This document shows positions 11,736-23,600 of a DNA stretch of 64,000 nucleotides, piece by piece. This DNA is from Macrostomum lignano (Eukaryota). A model generated the notes under the pieces. That model saw nothing but the letters and a program-made list of their open reading frames with translations. It did no database searches and was not told where the DNA came from. Position 1 is the first letter of the stretch, and the number at the start of each line of letters is the position of its first letter. The translations under genes and the position numbers were made by a program. Where the stretch lies: positions 1,116,001 to 1,180,000 of the forward strand of contig NIVC01000032.1 of assembly GCA_002269645.1 (NCBI GenBank), written 5' to 3'.

Positions 11736-12560
11736 TTCTACATATAAAAATCAAAACTCTGTCTGTCTATGTGTGTGTCTGTGTACAAATTTGATCGCTA
11801 TGGACTCCCAAACCGCTCAACCAAATGACACCAAACTTTACACCCACCCTAAACTTACTACGGAGAATGTCTTAGGCTACCTTTTAATTTCCTAGACTCA
11901 AGTCTTCCTACCTAAAAGTACAAAAAACTGCTTAAAATGCGCGATTTTTTCACTAAATCCTCCATAGCACCGCTCCACTTCTACCGATTCTCCTCAAATT
12001 TGACACAGGCAATTTTCAACTATTTTGACACAATCGTGTAAAATTTCAAATCTCAAAGTTAATCCTGAAAGCCGCTATGCACTTTTAAAGTTAGGCTGTT
12101 TTTTTCAGCGTAGCAACCACCCCAACCTCCGCCCGCCTGCCTCTCTTTCCCGATCTGGGCAAAGGGTGCAAATAGGTTTTTAAATGACTAACTTTGGGCT
12201 GCCATAAGTTTGCTTCACATTAAGCGATTAACTTCAAATTTGACACGATTTTTCATTAACTTATTCTTTGTCTAAATGTAAAGTCTCAACTCTGTATCTC
12301 AATCAGGACGGAAACTGTAAGCATGTGAAGTTTGTCTGCTTTTTCTGTTGTTTGTGCCACTCACTCCTCATTCCCCCAGAGCCAGACAAAGGGTCAGGCG
12401 ATAGGGCTCAATGTACATAGCGAGTGTACAGTGTTTTGGAATAACTTTTTAATAGCCTTCTCTGTACCCCCGCAAGTGGAAAGGCGTTGAGAGGAGAGAG
12501 TTTAGCAAGAGATTCAAACTTACTGTCCTCTGTATAGACAAGTCGAAGCAGTTAAACAAG
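11736..12560 (+). mobile_element. Possible non-autonomous Helitron/Helentron-like element
   Basis: Begins TTTCTACATATAAAAA, followed by a (TCTG/TG) seed and repeated accga/caaatttgacac motifs typical of such elements; 3' hairpin/CTAG end not identified. Confidence 0.35.
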
Positions 12561-12939
12561 GATGGCAAATCAAGGCGATGTGGGATGGTTTAAAAAAATA
12601 GCGAAAAATTAATGAATAACTGATTACAATGCAATCCTACTAAATTAGTTACACCATGAAAATTTTAACATTAAGATTCGCATAAGGTAACTTTAAAATT
12701 TAAATGGCCTCCTAAGAAATGCGTATTTCCTTGGTTGTTAGACTGATGCAGACTGCAGTGGAGCTGAAGATACACAAATTCTTTTCAGGGCTTGCAAATT
12801 GGCAAGAAAGATGACATGATCAAAGCATGAGAACAGCCATGAGAGTACTACATCCCAAAAACTGGCTTTCCAAGCAGGAATGGGCAGACTTTTACCTCAA
12901 AGGCCAGAAAAGAATCCTGCTTATGGCTGAGAGGCAGTT

Positions 12940-14200
12940 GAGAGTGGAGAGAAGAAGGAATAGACTATTCGAAAAGAAAGGAGAGGTGAGAGAGAGAATA
13001 AGAGAAAAGATAGAAGATAATAGGAGATATGAGGGAGTGAGGACGATGAGAGGAGAGAGTAGAGAGGAGCGAGTAGAGAGGAGAGAGCAGAGAGCTGCAG
13101 ATGAGAGGAGAGCAGAGAGAAGAGCAGAGAGGAGTTAGTAAAGAGGAGAAAGGAGAGATGAGAGAGTAAATGGAACTTGGAAGAGAGAAAAGGTTGTACA
13201 GATGAGAGAGGTGTAAAGAGAGATGAGATGAGAGATGAGAGATAAAGGAAGAGAGGAGAGAGGGGAGAGAGAAGAGACAAGACAAGAGAGGGAGAGAGTA
13301 TATAGAAGAGGGAAGAGAAGAGAATAGAAGAAAGGAGAAAGGAAAGTGAGGAGACAAAAGAGGTGAAAGAAAAGAGTACAGACGACAGAATAAGAGAACA
13401 TATAAGACAGTGAAGATGACAGATGAAAGAGGGGGATGAGCTGAGAGCAGAGACGAAAATGAACAGACGAGAGATGGGAGAGTAGAGAGAACAAAGGAGA
13501 GATAAGAGAGAAGAGATTACAGAGACGAGAGGAGAGACAAAGGGAGAGAGATGTGAGTGAGGCGAGAGGAGAGAAAAGAGGAGAATGGAGGGGAGAGAGT
13601 AGAGAGGAGAAGAAAGATGGGAGAGGAGAGATAAGAGAGAGGGGGAAGCAGAGAGAGAGGGGGGAAGCAGAGAGATAGAGAGGGGGAAGCAGAGAGAGAG
13701 GGGGAAGCAGAGAGAGAGAGGGGGAAGCAGAGATAGAGGAGGGAAGTAGAGAGAGAGGGGGAAGCAGAGATAGAGGGGGGAAGCAGAGAGAGAGGGGGGA
13801 AGCAAAGAGAGAGGGGGGAAGTAGAGAAAGAGGGGGGAAGCAGAGAGAGAGGGGGGGAAGCAGAGAGAGAGGGGGGAAGCAGAGAGAGGGGGAAGCAGAG
13901 AGAAATAAAAAGAGAGAGAAGAGAAAGGAGAGATCAGAGAGCAAATAAAGACGAGAGAGAGGAGAGGTGAATGATAAGACGAGAGAAGAGTGGGAGGAGA
14001 GGAAAGAGAAAAGAAGAGAAAAGACATGTGATAAGAGAGATGAAAAAGAAGAGAAAAGAGGGGAGAGGAAAGAGGAAAAAGAGAAGAGAGGAGAGGAGAG
14101 AGAGCAGAGAGGAGAGACGAGGGACGAGAGAGGAGAGGAAACAGAAGAGAAGATAGAAGTTTCAAAGGATCCAAGGGACGTAGGGAGAGTCAGAGGCAGA
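12940..14200 (+). repeat. Polypurine (GA-rich) low-complexity tract with an internal 18-20 bp tandem (GAGAGAGAGGGGGGAAGCA) at 13630-13895
   Basis: Directly visible; source of the L/S-rich minus-strand and R/E-rich plus-strand pseudo-ORFs. Confidence 0.9.
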
Positions 14201-14344
14201 GGCCAGAGTTTGCCGATACATGTTTTAGAGTCAGACAGACATTAACTGCCTATTTAAAGTAAAAAGCAACCCAACCAACAAGATCAATGTTTGACTCAAA
14301 TTCTAATTTTACACAAATGTACTCCATTTGATGTCTATCTCTAT

Positions 14345-14463
14345 CCTACTAACTATTAAAAAGTTTTTGTTTGAGTATGGCCTCAGATTTCAGAAAACAT
14401 GGAAAAATAGTTCCGGGATTGGAATTCCCCGGGTTCAAAATCCGCGGGTTTCAACAGCTTGTA
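14345..14463 (+). repeat. Dispersed element end, also found at 17010-17125; both copies follow GA-rich tracts
   Basis: AAGTTTTTGTTTGAG...AAAAATAGTTCCGGGA...GGGTTT(T)CA(A)CAGCTTGTA at both loci. Confidence 0.7.
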
Positions 14464-15216
14464 GTATAATATAAAACAAAAAGTACTTGAAAATCTAAAT
14501 AAAAACATTTTTATATACTTTATTTTTTTAATATCAAATTTTAGTTGTTTGCTGACCTAACCTATCTTTATCTATAATTTATCTATATCCATAATTCATT
14601 TATAAATATTTATCTATATCTTATATATGAAAGTATTTATTTTAAATTATATAAGTTGTTATTTTGAAAGACAATTAAATATCATTATATCAATGTAATG
14701 TTTATAATTCTATATCTTTGCCTTTATTTTGCCTTTATTATCTTTAACTTGAGTTTAAGAATTTTTTTATTGATTACTATGCTTTAATCTCAAAATAGTT
14801 TTTTTTAAAAATAATATGGGCCTATATCTTTTAAAAATTGTTTATGTTTTTAATTGATTAAAAGAATTTGTAGTTTCTTTAAGTCTTAAAATTAGATCTA
14901 ATGCAAGTTATAAAACAAATATATAGAAATTATATAGAATTAAATTTATGTTTTAATCAGTGTTGCACCATTATTGAAAATCTTGACTTCCATTAATGGC
15001 AAAAATGTTAGTGTTAAAACCATACATGCGCAACTGCTGGCCGACCTGGCCGATCCGGCCACCGTAAATCGTGGCTGACCAGGGGTAAGTCGCAAAATTG
15101 AGTCAACCAAAAACAAAAAAACACAGGAACCAAGAAAGGCAAGAGGAAAGCAAAAGAAAGAGCAGTTCAGGGAAAATGGTGAAGCAAAAGAAAAACAATT
15201 CGCAAAAGAAGCAAAC

Positions 15217-16026
15217 TAAGTCGCAAAAAGGATCAGGTAAGTCGCAAAAGGGTTAGGTAAGTCGCAAAAAGGATTAGGTAAGTCGCAAAAAGGATTAGGT
15301 AAGTGGCAAAAAGGATTAGGTAAGTCGCAAAAAGGATCAGGTAAGTCGCAAAAAGAATCAGGTAAGTCGCAAAAGGATCAGCTAAGTCGCAAAAGGATTA
15401 GGTAAATCGCAAAAAGGATCAGGTAAGTCGCAAAAAGAATCAGCTAAGTCGCAAAAGGATCAGCTAAGTCGCAAAAGGATTAGGTAAGTCGCAAAAAGGA
15501 TTAGGTAAGTCGCAAAGAGGATTAGGTAAGTCGCAAAAGGATCAGCTAAGTCGCAAAATGATTAGGTAAGTCGCAAAAGGATTAGGTAAGTTGCAAAAAG
15601 GATTAGGTAAGTCGCAAAAAGAATCAGGTAAGTCGCAAAAGGATCAGCTAAGTCGCAAAAAGAATCAGGTAAGTCGCAAAAGGATCAGCTAAGTCGCAAA
15701 AGGATTAGGTAAGTCGCAAAAAGGTTTAGGTAAGTCGCAAAAAGGATTGGGTAAGTCGCAAAAAGAATCAGGTAAGTCGCAAAAGGATCAGCTAAGTCGC
15801 AAAAAGAATCAGGTAAGTCGCAAAAGGATCAGCTAAGTCACAAAAGGATTAGGTAAGTCGCAAAAAGGATTAGGTAAGTCGCAAAAGGATTAGCTAAGTT
15901 GCAAAAGGATTAGGTAAGTTGCAAAAGGGTTAGGTAAGTCGCAAAAAGAATTAAGTAAGTCGCAAAAAGGATTAAGTAAGTCGCAAAAAGGATTAAGTAA
16001 GTCGCAAAAAGAAGCAACTAAGTCGC
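15217..16026 (+). repeat. 21-22 bp minisatellite (TAAGTCGCAAAA(A)GGAT(T/C)AG(G/C))n, about 37 units
   Basis: Direct tandem units; isolated TAAGTCGCA motifs also at about 15087 and 17440-17470. Confidence 0.95.
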
Positions 16027-16186
16027 AATAAGAGGGAAGTAAGTCACAATCAGAGGCAATCAGGGGGTAGTAGGTGCAAGTGTGGCAGGAGAGCAAAAAC
16101 AGAATAGAAGCCTTCAACCACAGACAAGATCTTTGAAATCAGAAGCCTGCGTCAACAGTTTCCCATTGATTTCTTAAACTCTGGAG

Positions 16187-17125
16187 CAGGGGTTGGCAAA
16201 CTCCTGCTCGCAAAGCCCCTCTATCTGGCCCTCGCCCCTCGGGTTCTTTGAAACTTCCTAACTAGCAAGGTTGGTGTCTCTTCAACTCTCATCTCTCTCT
16301 TCTTCTCTACCTTGCCTCCCCTCTTCTCTCTCTCCCCCCTTTCCCTCTTCTCTCTCCTCTCATTTTTACTCTCCTCTCTTCTCCCCCTTTCTCTCTACCC
16401 TTTCTCCTCAATGCCCTCTTCTCTCCTCTTATCTTCAGCAAAAATATGTGCATATTTTCTTACTTCAAAGTAGAGGGAATAGAAGATTAGAGATAAGCAA
16501 ACAGAAGAGAGGCAAGCGATGCGATGGGAGAAAAGATAGAAGAGGAGAGGAAAGCTGAGGGAGGAAAAAGAGATGAGAGAGAAGAGGAGATTAGAGGAAA
16601 GAGGAAAGAAAAGATGGTGGATGAGATCAGAAGAGAGGAAAGAGGAAAGAGGAGAGAGTAGATAAGAGAAGAGAGGATAAAGAGAAGATGAGAGGAGAGT
16701 GAAGAGAGGAGAGATGAGAGAGTAGAAAAGAGAGGAGAGATAAGATGAGAGAGTAGAGTGGAGAGAGATGAGAGGGAAGATAAGATGAGAGAGTAGAGTG
16801 GAATGGAGAGACAAGAGGAGAGATAAGAATGTAGAGAGGAGACAGAAGAGATAGGAGAGGAGAGGAAAGAGAGGAGAGAGAGGAAAGAGAGAAGGGATAA
16901 GGGATGAAAGAGAAAAGAAAAAGAGGATGAGAAGATTGAGGAATGGAGAGAATTTGCAAAGGCCTCAAATCTTAGTTTAACATGCATTACTCCCATCTTT
17001 GCCTTTTTCCTAACTGTTAACAAGTTTTTGTTTGAGCATGACTTCAAATTTAGAATCTATGCAAAAATAGTTCCGGGAATTAGAATTCAGTGGTTTAAAA
17101 ATCTGTGGGTTTTCACAGCTTGTAT
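16187..17125 (+). mobile_element. Probable non-autonomous DNA element starting with a hAT-like terminus, CT-rich then GA-rich body
   Basis: CAGGGGTTGGCAAAC at 16187 resembles hAT TIRs; no matching right TIR or TSD verified. Confidence 0.35.
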
Positions 17126-18929
17126 CTCTACTGGATTCGTATTCTGCATCTGATGAGCCATCTGAATCAGGGCTCTCATCTTCCATGCCAAATCGTCTAG
17201 CAAATCATTCTTGAGCTATAGGTCACACTGTATTCACTTCACTTACTTCTGGACATTCATGAATCATGACTTTTGTAGTATGCTCACTACACTGTACTGA
17301 CTAGATGACACTGATTAGCTGTTATAAAAACGCGGAATCTGCATGCAGCACTAATTAGCTGGCGAGGCATTTAGCTTTAAAAATATGGTCATAGTTACTC
17401 CTGCCGTTTACCTAAAGTTTTTGCTTGGCTCTTTCTTAGGTAAGTCGCATTTTTTATCGAAAACTAAGTCGCACGGCCAGCGTAATTTCAGAAGTTGCGC
17501 ATGTATGGTTAAAACAAAAAGTCCTAATTTATTAAGTCTTAATTTTGTTAAGTTAACTGAAAGTTAGCTGATAATCGTCAATAAATTTTAATCCATTAAA
17601 GTTAACGTAGGAAATATAGAAATCTTGCACTTTTTTCCAAAGCAGACTTCATTCATAATTCATTGTCTTTGCTTTTCCACCTTTTTAAAAAATATAGAGG
17701 TTATCTAAGGGATTTACAAGCTAAAAAGTAATAAATAATAATTTAAAAAAATCTTGTATATAATATATAATAAAAGTAAGCATATAGTAAAAGAAGTAAA
17801 TTGTTTATATATTTGAAACTTAGAAGCTAATTAGTTTATAATAATAAAAAATACAAATAAGGTTGTTTCAATAGCATTAGTAAGTATAGCAGAAAGTTAC
17901 AAAAGATTGGAAAAGAAGTGAATCAAAGCAATCAATGCTCATGCACAACAATAAAGTTTACAATTTTAATTTATTATCAAAGTTCATTAGTAAGAAGTTG
18001 TCATATTTGCATGATTATTATTATAAACAAAAAGATTAATTAGGCATTTAGGTAAATTCAAATACATTTGAACTGTTGTATAATTTCTTGTTAGACTTAT
18101 GTTTTTGTTCTTTCTTTGCATCTTTGGTCATTGACATTGCCATTTCTGTTAACAATGAATTTGTCATTAACTCACACAATTATTAATCCAAATTTGTTCA
18201 TCTGTAATTTCAAAAAAAAATCTTAACAGCAGTCTGTTAATGTTAATGAAAAATCTTAATGCTTAGTCACTTATTAATGCTTATTCATGGATTCACACTT
18301 ATTAATAGACTAGTGCCTAACACTGATTTTTCTCTTCTTTTTTTCTTTGCTATATTTATATCATTTTTTCATTTTTGTTTTAAGGGCACTTTTATAACTT
18401 GCTTTAGCCAATGATCTTTTTTAGTCAGATTGACTAGGCTAGATAAGCATTTTACATTTATGAATAAATTACTTTGGATAACACTTGGTTGACTTAGCTA
18501 ATCTAGATATTAACCAAGGCAGAGGTATATTGCAAAACTGATTATCCAAGCATAAAAATATAAATGAAACAAAAAAGTAAAATAAAATAAAAAAGAAAAA
18601 AATAGACAAAGTAGACAAAAAGGTAGAACTTGTATTAGTGATTCAAAAGCATTTTAATTAATTAAAATGAATAATAACTAGTTGAAGTAGAAAAGAGAAA
18701 ATATTTTAGGGTTGCAAATATATTATAAAAATGTTCTCTAGATATAGATATGCTGCACATAGAAAACTATGTTGCATCATCAATTTAAAATTCAAAAAGT
18801 CATATGTATCATATTGCATTTTGTATAGTTGAATTTTTTTTCTTAAACTAGAATAACCTAAAGCCTAAAATGTTTATAAAAATAAATAAGTTAAAAGAAT
18901 GAAAGTTGAAAAGGGGGTCATTTGACAAA

Positions 18930-19335
18930 CCCTAATTTTTACAAAGTCAAAATCAAAACCTTAATAAAACCTACAATTCATAAACTCAAATTTTCATAAT
19001 GTCAAAAATGAAATTTGCTTCTAATTTCATGATTCCTAAATTTCATAAGCCATAAATTTGACAATGCCTAAAAGTACTACTGTATAAGTATACAATCTTT
19101 TAGAAGCCCCAAATCATATCTCCATATTGCGTTTTGGCATTTTGAAATTCCGAAATTATGAAATTTTGTATTGCAACCTTTTGATATCAGGAAAATTAGG
19201 TCTTGTGAAAATTATGGCTTGTAAAATTTAGAGGTATTAAAAATTCTATGTACAACTTATGTGATAATTATGATTTATAAAATTTAGTGCTTATGAAATT
19301 TTGTGTCTTGCAACATGAAGTTTAAGGTTTGTGAA
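18930..19335. repeat. Degenerate AT-rich foldback (AAATTTCATAA-like units facing TTATGAAATTT-like units)
   Basis: The short motifs switch orientation around 19100. Confidence 0.45.
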
Positions 19336-19809
19336 AGTAATCTTTTCTTATCCTTTGTAATCTTTGTATTCAAAATCAATGTCTAAGGATAGTTGCAAAT
19401 AAAATAGTTAAGTGCTAATGGCATTTTTTAGCTTAAAATACTGCTTATATGTTGTTACTAGAAGTAGCCAGTATGATTTTTGTGGCAAATATAAAACTGG
19501 ATCTTGTAGCAGAAATCTGATTGGTTGAAATGATGCCATTGCCTGTCCACATAGATTAATACCATCAACCAACCCTAGATAGTATTTTGTTACTATGAAC
19601 TACTTTGGTATAAAAGCATCAGATAATTAAGCAATATAGTTTGCATCCATTGGGCATATACACTGCATTTAAACTGTTTAATCTGCAGAAATGGATTATT
19701 TTGCTGTACTCTTGTAAGTTGCCTTTCTTCATCATTTTTTGCTACTGTCACTCGATTTTTGTTGTCCTCACAATAACTTTCCAGTCCTCACATTTGCTGT
19801 TGCCCTTCA

Positions 19810-20430
19810 GAATCCTCAGTTTCTGTGCCACAGCCACCTGCCTTCCCAGATCCTCAGTTTCTGTGCCACAGCCACCTTCCTTCCCAGATCCTCAGTTGCT
19901 GTGCCACAGCCACCTGCTTCCCAGATCCTCAGTTTCTGTGCCACAGCCACCTGCTTCCCAGATCCTCAGTTTCTGTGCCACAGCCACCTGCTTCCCAGAT
20001 CCTCAGTTGCTGGGATACCCTCCCTGATCTTGTTGCTGTGCCACCTCTAGCCTTCAGATGCTCGGTTTTAGAGCCACTTTGCTCGGTTGTCTTTTCGGTT
20101 GTTTCCTCGGTTGTTAGGCCAGCCTCCCAAATCCTCAGTTGCTAGGCCAGCGTCCCAGATCCTCAATGTCTGGGCCAGTATCCGGTCCCAGATCTTCAGT
20201 TGCTGTGCCAGCCTCCCAGATCCTCAGTTGCTGTGCCAGCCTCCCAGATCCTCAGTTGCTGGGCCAGCCTCCCAGATCCTCACTTGCTGAGCCAGCTTCC
20301 CAGATCCTCAGTAGCTGTGCCAGCCTCCCCAGATGCCCAGTTGCTGGGCCAGCCTCCCAGATCCTCACTTGCTGAGCCAGCTTCCCAGATCCTCAGTAGC
20401 TGTGCCAGCCTCCCCAGATGCCCAGTTGCA
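19810..20430 (+). repeat. Two related minisatellites: about 37 bp (CAGATCCTCAGTTTCTGTGCCACAGCCACCTGCTTCC) then about 27-29 bp (CCCAGATCCTCAGTTGCTGTGCCAGCCT)
   Basis: Direct tandem units sharing a CAGATCCTCAG core, just upstream of Kv4. Confidence 0.9.
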
Positions 20431-20697
20431 GGTCTTTACGAATCATATGTCTTTATTACTGGCGCAAGTCGGTATGCCTACCCAGTTCTTAATACAAGGT
20501 TCAATATTAAAAACACACAGTGCTTTCGTTTTGTTTGCTTTTGAATGATTTATTAATCACGTTTGCAGTTGTATGGGCCTGCTCCTTGCTTTATACAATA
20601 CTTATAAATAAATGAAATCTAAAAATGTGCCTTTTGTTTTAAAACAATTTCAGTCAACGCAATTTGAACTAAAAGCAGAGGCTGACCGCCCGTTACC

Positions 20698-23600
20698 ATG
20701 GCAGCGGTTGCCGCTTGGCTGCCGTTTGCTCGGGCCGCCGCCATTGGCTGGGTGCCAGTGGCTCAGCACCCCATGCCGAGGCCGCCGCCGCCAAGTGTGC
20801 AGCATTCCCCGGGGGAGCACAGGTTAGTTAGTACTAATTAATAAAGTAACAATTGAGTTCAAAGGTACTTTTCTAGGAACTACTCAGCTGGCGAGGCTGT
20901 ATGTCGAATATGCTCCCGCTGTTTACCCAGAACCTTTTTTTATTTTTTTGCAGATCGGACGAAAAGTTATCCATCATAGTGTCCGGTCGGTTATTTGTCA
21001 CCTGGCGTAATACGCTAGAAAAATTTCCTAACACCCTGCTGGGTAGCGACGAGAAAGAGTACTTTCTAGACGAATCGACTGGTCAGTACTTTTTCGATCG
21101 CGATCCTGACATGTTCCGGCATATTTTGACCTATTATCGAACTGGAAAGCTGCACTTTCCCAGGTGAGTTGACGTTTCAAGGCCACATTTGTTTAGGTAT
21201 TGTGTGCACGAAAACCCAAGGCACAGAGTGTACGTGCCTGACGATTAGAAAGTCGAAGTCGAAAGCATTCCTCACGATGGATTTTTCCCTGGAAGTAACG
21301 ATGCCAGGCAAAACAGTGAGGGCCATGGTCACCGCCCTGATGTCCGCTACGATTGAGTCCAAGCCGGGCCCTGCGGAGGGCGGGGGAAGAAAGACAGGAA
21401 ATTGTCAAGTTCCGTTCGTTAAATTATTTTGACTTTAGAAAAGTACTGTGCGAACTATTTTAAGTACAAATAGCTACTTTTAAGAGACCTAAGCTTAATC
21501 AGGCACTAGTTTTATGCTTCAAAACTTGTTATAATGTATCTGACACCGAAAAGCTGCAATAGTCTATGGCCAAAACTTTAACAAGTGAACGAGTCTTAAC
21601 AGAAACAAATAAAAAGTATTTTTGTCTATGGTCAAACTGCCAACGAACAGCAAAAGCTTTACATGCTATAACGGGTGATCCAAAAAATGGACTAACTTTG
21701 TAGTGAAACTGTGCCAAGGCAATACAGTGAATCTTTACAGGCTCGCAGCAGGTGAATCCTGATACCTGTAAGATTTTTTTGCCAACTTTGGAATGGATAT
21801 CTTTATCCAGTTTCCTAAAATAGCCATTCTAAATTTAGCCAACAGTCACTTTCAACTTGAAGCCATAGACAGTAGATGTGTAATTGTAGAAACAACCAAA
21901 GACACTTTCAACTTAAAGCCAAAGACTATTTGGAATATTCATTCCAAAGTTGGCAGAAAAAATCTTACAGGTGTCAGGATTCACCTACTGCGAGCCTGTA
22001 AAGATTCACTGTATTGCCTTGGCACAGTTTCACTACAAAGTTTGTCCATTTTTTGGATCACCCGTTAGTAGTGGAAAATCCATAATAGGATATTCCCAAA
22101 TGGCTTCACTGGGTTCAGCTGACGCCACAATTCCTCTAAGTATGTTTCAAATAGGGCTTGTCCCTGCGTCCGGCATGGCGTGCGGCATAGCCTTGCTAAA
22201 TTTAGGACTTTACTTTAGCTTTTTGTTATTTGTCAACTTGTGAAAGATCATTGATGTTTAGACTTGACCATAGACATTTTTCAAGTCGAAAAATGTTCAA
22301 ACATTCTGGCCATAGACTATTGCAGCTTCCGGTGTCAGATACATTATAACAAGTTTTAAAACATAGAATTAGTGCTTAATCAGGCTTAAGTCTCTTAAAA
22401 ACATTTATTTGTACTTAAAATAGTTCCTAGATTACTTTTCTGGAGTCAAAATAATTAAACGAACGAAACTTGACAATTGCCGAAAAAACAGCGTGCGGAA
22501 AGCCCACCAGGGGACCACAGCCCATCCTACGAAAAATGTTTACGGGGCTAACCTCTAAGGCACAATGTATACTGGTAATCAGCCTGTGATGCAACAGTGC
22601 ACCGACTTCCTTGTCTCAGGTCGGAGTGCATCGCAGACTACGAAGAGGAACTGGCCTTTTTCGGCATCGCGCCAGACGTTATGGGCGATTGCTGTTTCGA
22701 AGATTATCGCGATAGGAAACGCGAAAACGCCGAACGATTATTCGAAGACAAAGATTCTGAAGCGGAGAAATGCATGCCGCATAGTAATGTTCGAGAGAAA
22801 TTATGGCGCGCGTTTGAAAACCCACAATCGTCCACTGCTGCTCTGGTGTTTTATTACGTCACCGGCTTTTTTATTGCCGTATCAGTATTGGCTAATGTTA
22901 TCGAAACTATACCGTGCGGCATTGTGCCCGGCACTAATCTTAATCCGGCTTGCGGTGATAAATTCTCCAATGCATTCTTCTGTCTAGACACGGCCTGTGT
23001 GCTCATATTTACTATGGAGTATCTGGCTAGACTGTACGCTGCACCGGACAGACTTAAACATGTTAGTATATAGAAATCATGGATTAGTACTATTTTTTTC
23101 ATTGATTCTTAGTCACTCCTAATCACAGATACTAAAATGACTTAGTAAAACAGATTTCTACTTTCAGTTCAGTAGCAAAGAAGAATGCATAAGCTATTTT
23201 ATAAAAATAAAGGCAGCTGAAATGACTTCAATAACTTTAAAAGCCTGCAAGCGTAAGCAGCTTGCTAATTGGTTCAGCAATAATGTACATTAGCCAGTCC
23301 ACTAAAATGTACATGGCAGCTTTTGGCTGAAATTTCGAGAAAGGCAAAAATGGGTGGCGGGGCAGAGGTAAAGCTTCTGTGTGGAGTTGGGGGGGGGGCT
23401 TATTCTAGGGGAATAGGAGCCAATAATGAGCCTGGTCTTTAGAATACATTAAAATGCTCCAGTTTAACTTACTACTGAACTGAAAGTAGCTTACACGCAA
23501 ATATGCTGAGTGGCCCATCTAGTTATTCTAGTATCTGTGCTCCTAATTCCAGTGGATGCAGCTCTTCTAGTTCACTCTACTTCCAGTTGATAGTTCTTTC

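Noticed and set aside
12827-17047. Long L/S-rich and R/E-rich ORFs, up to 417 aa
   Set aside because: Artefacts of GA/CT low-complexity sequence that lacks stop codons.
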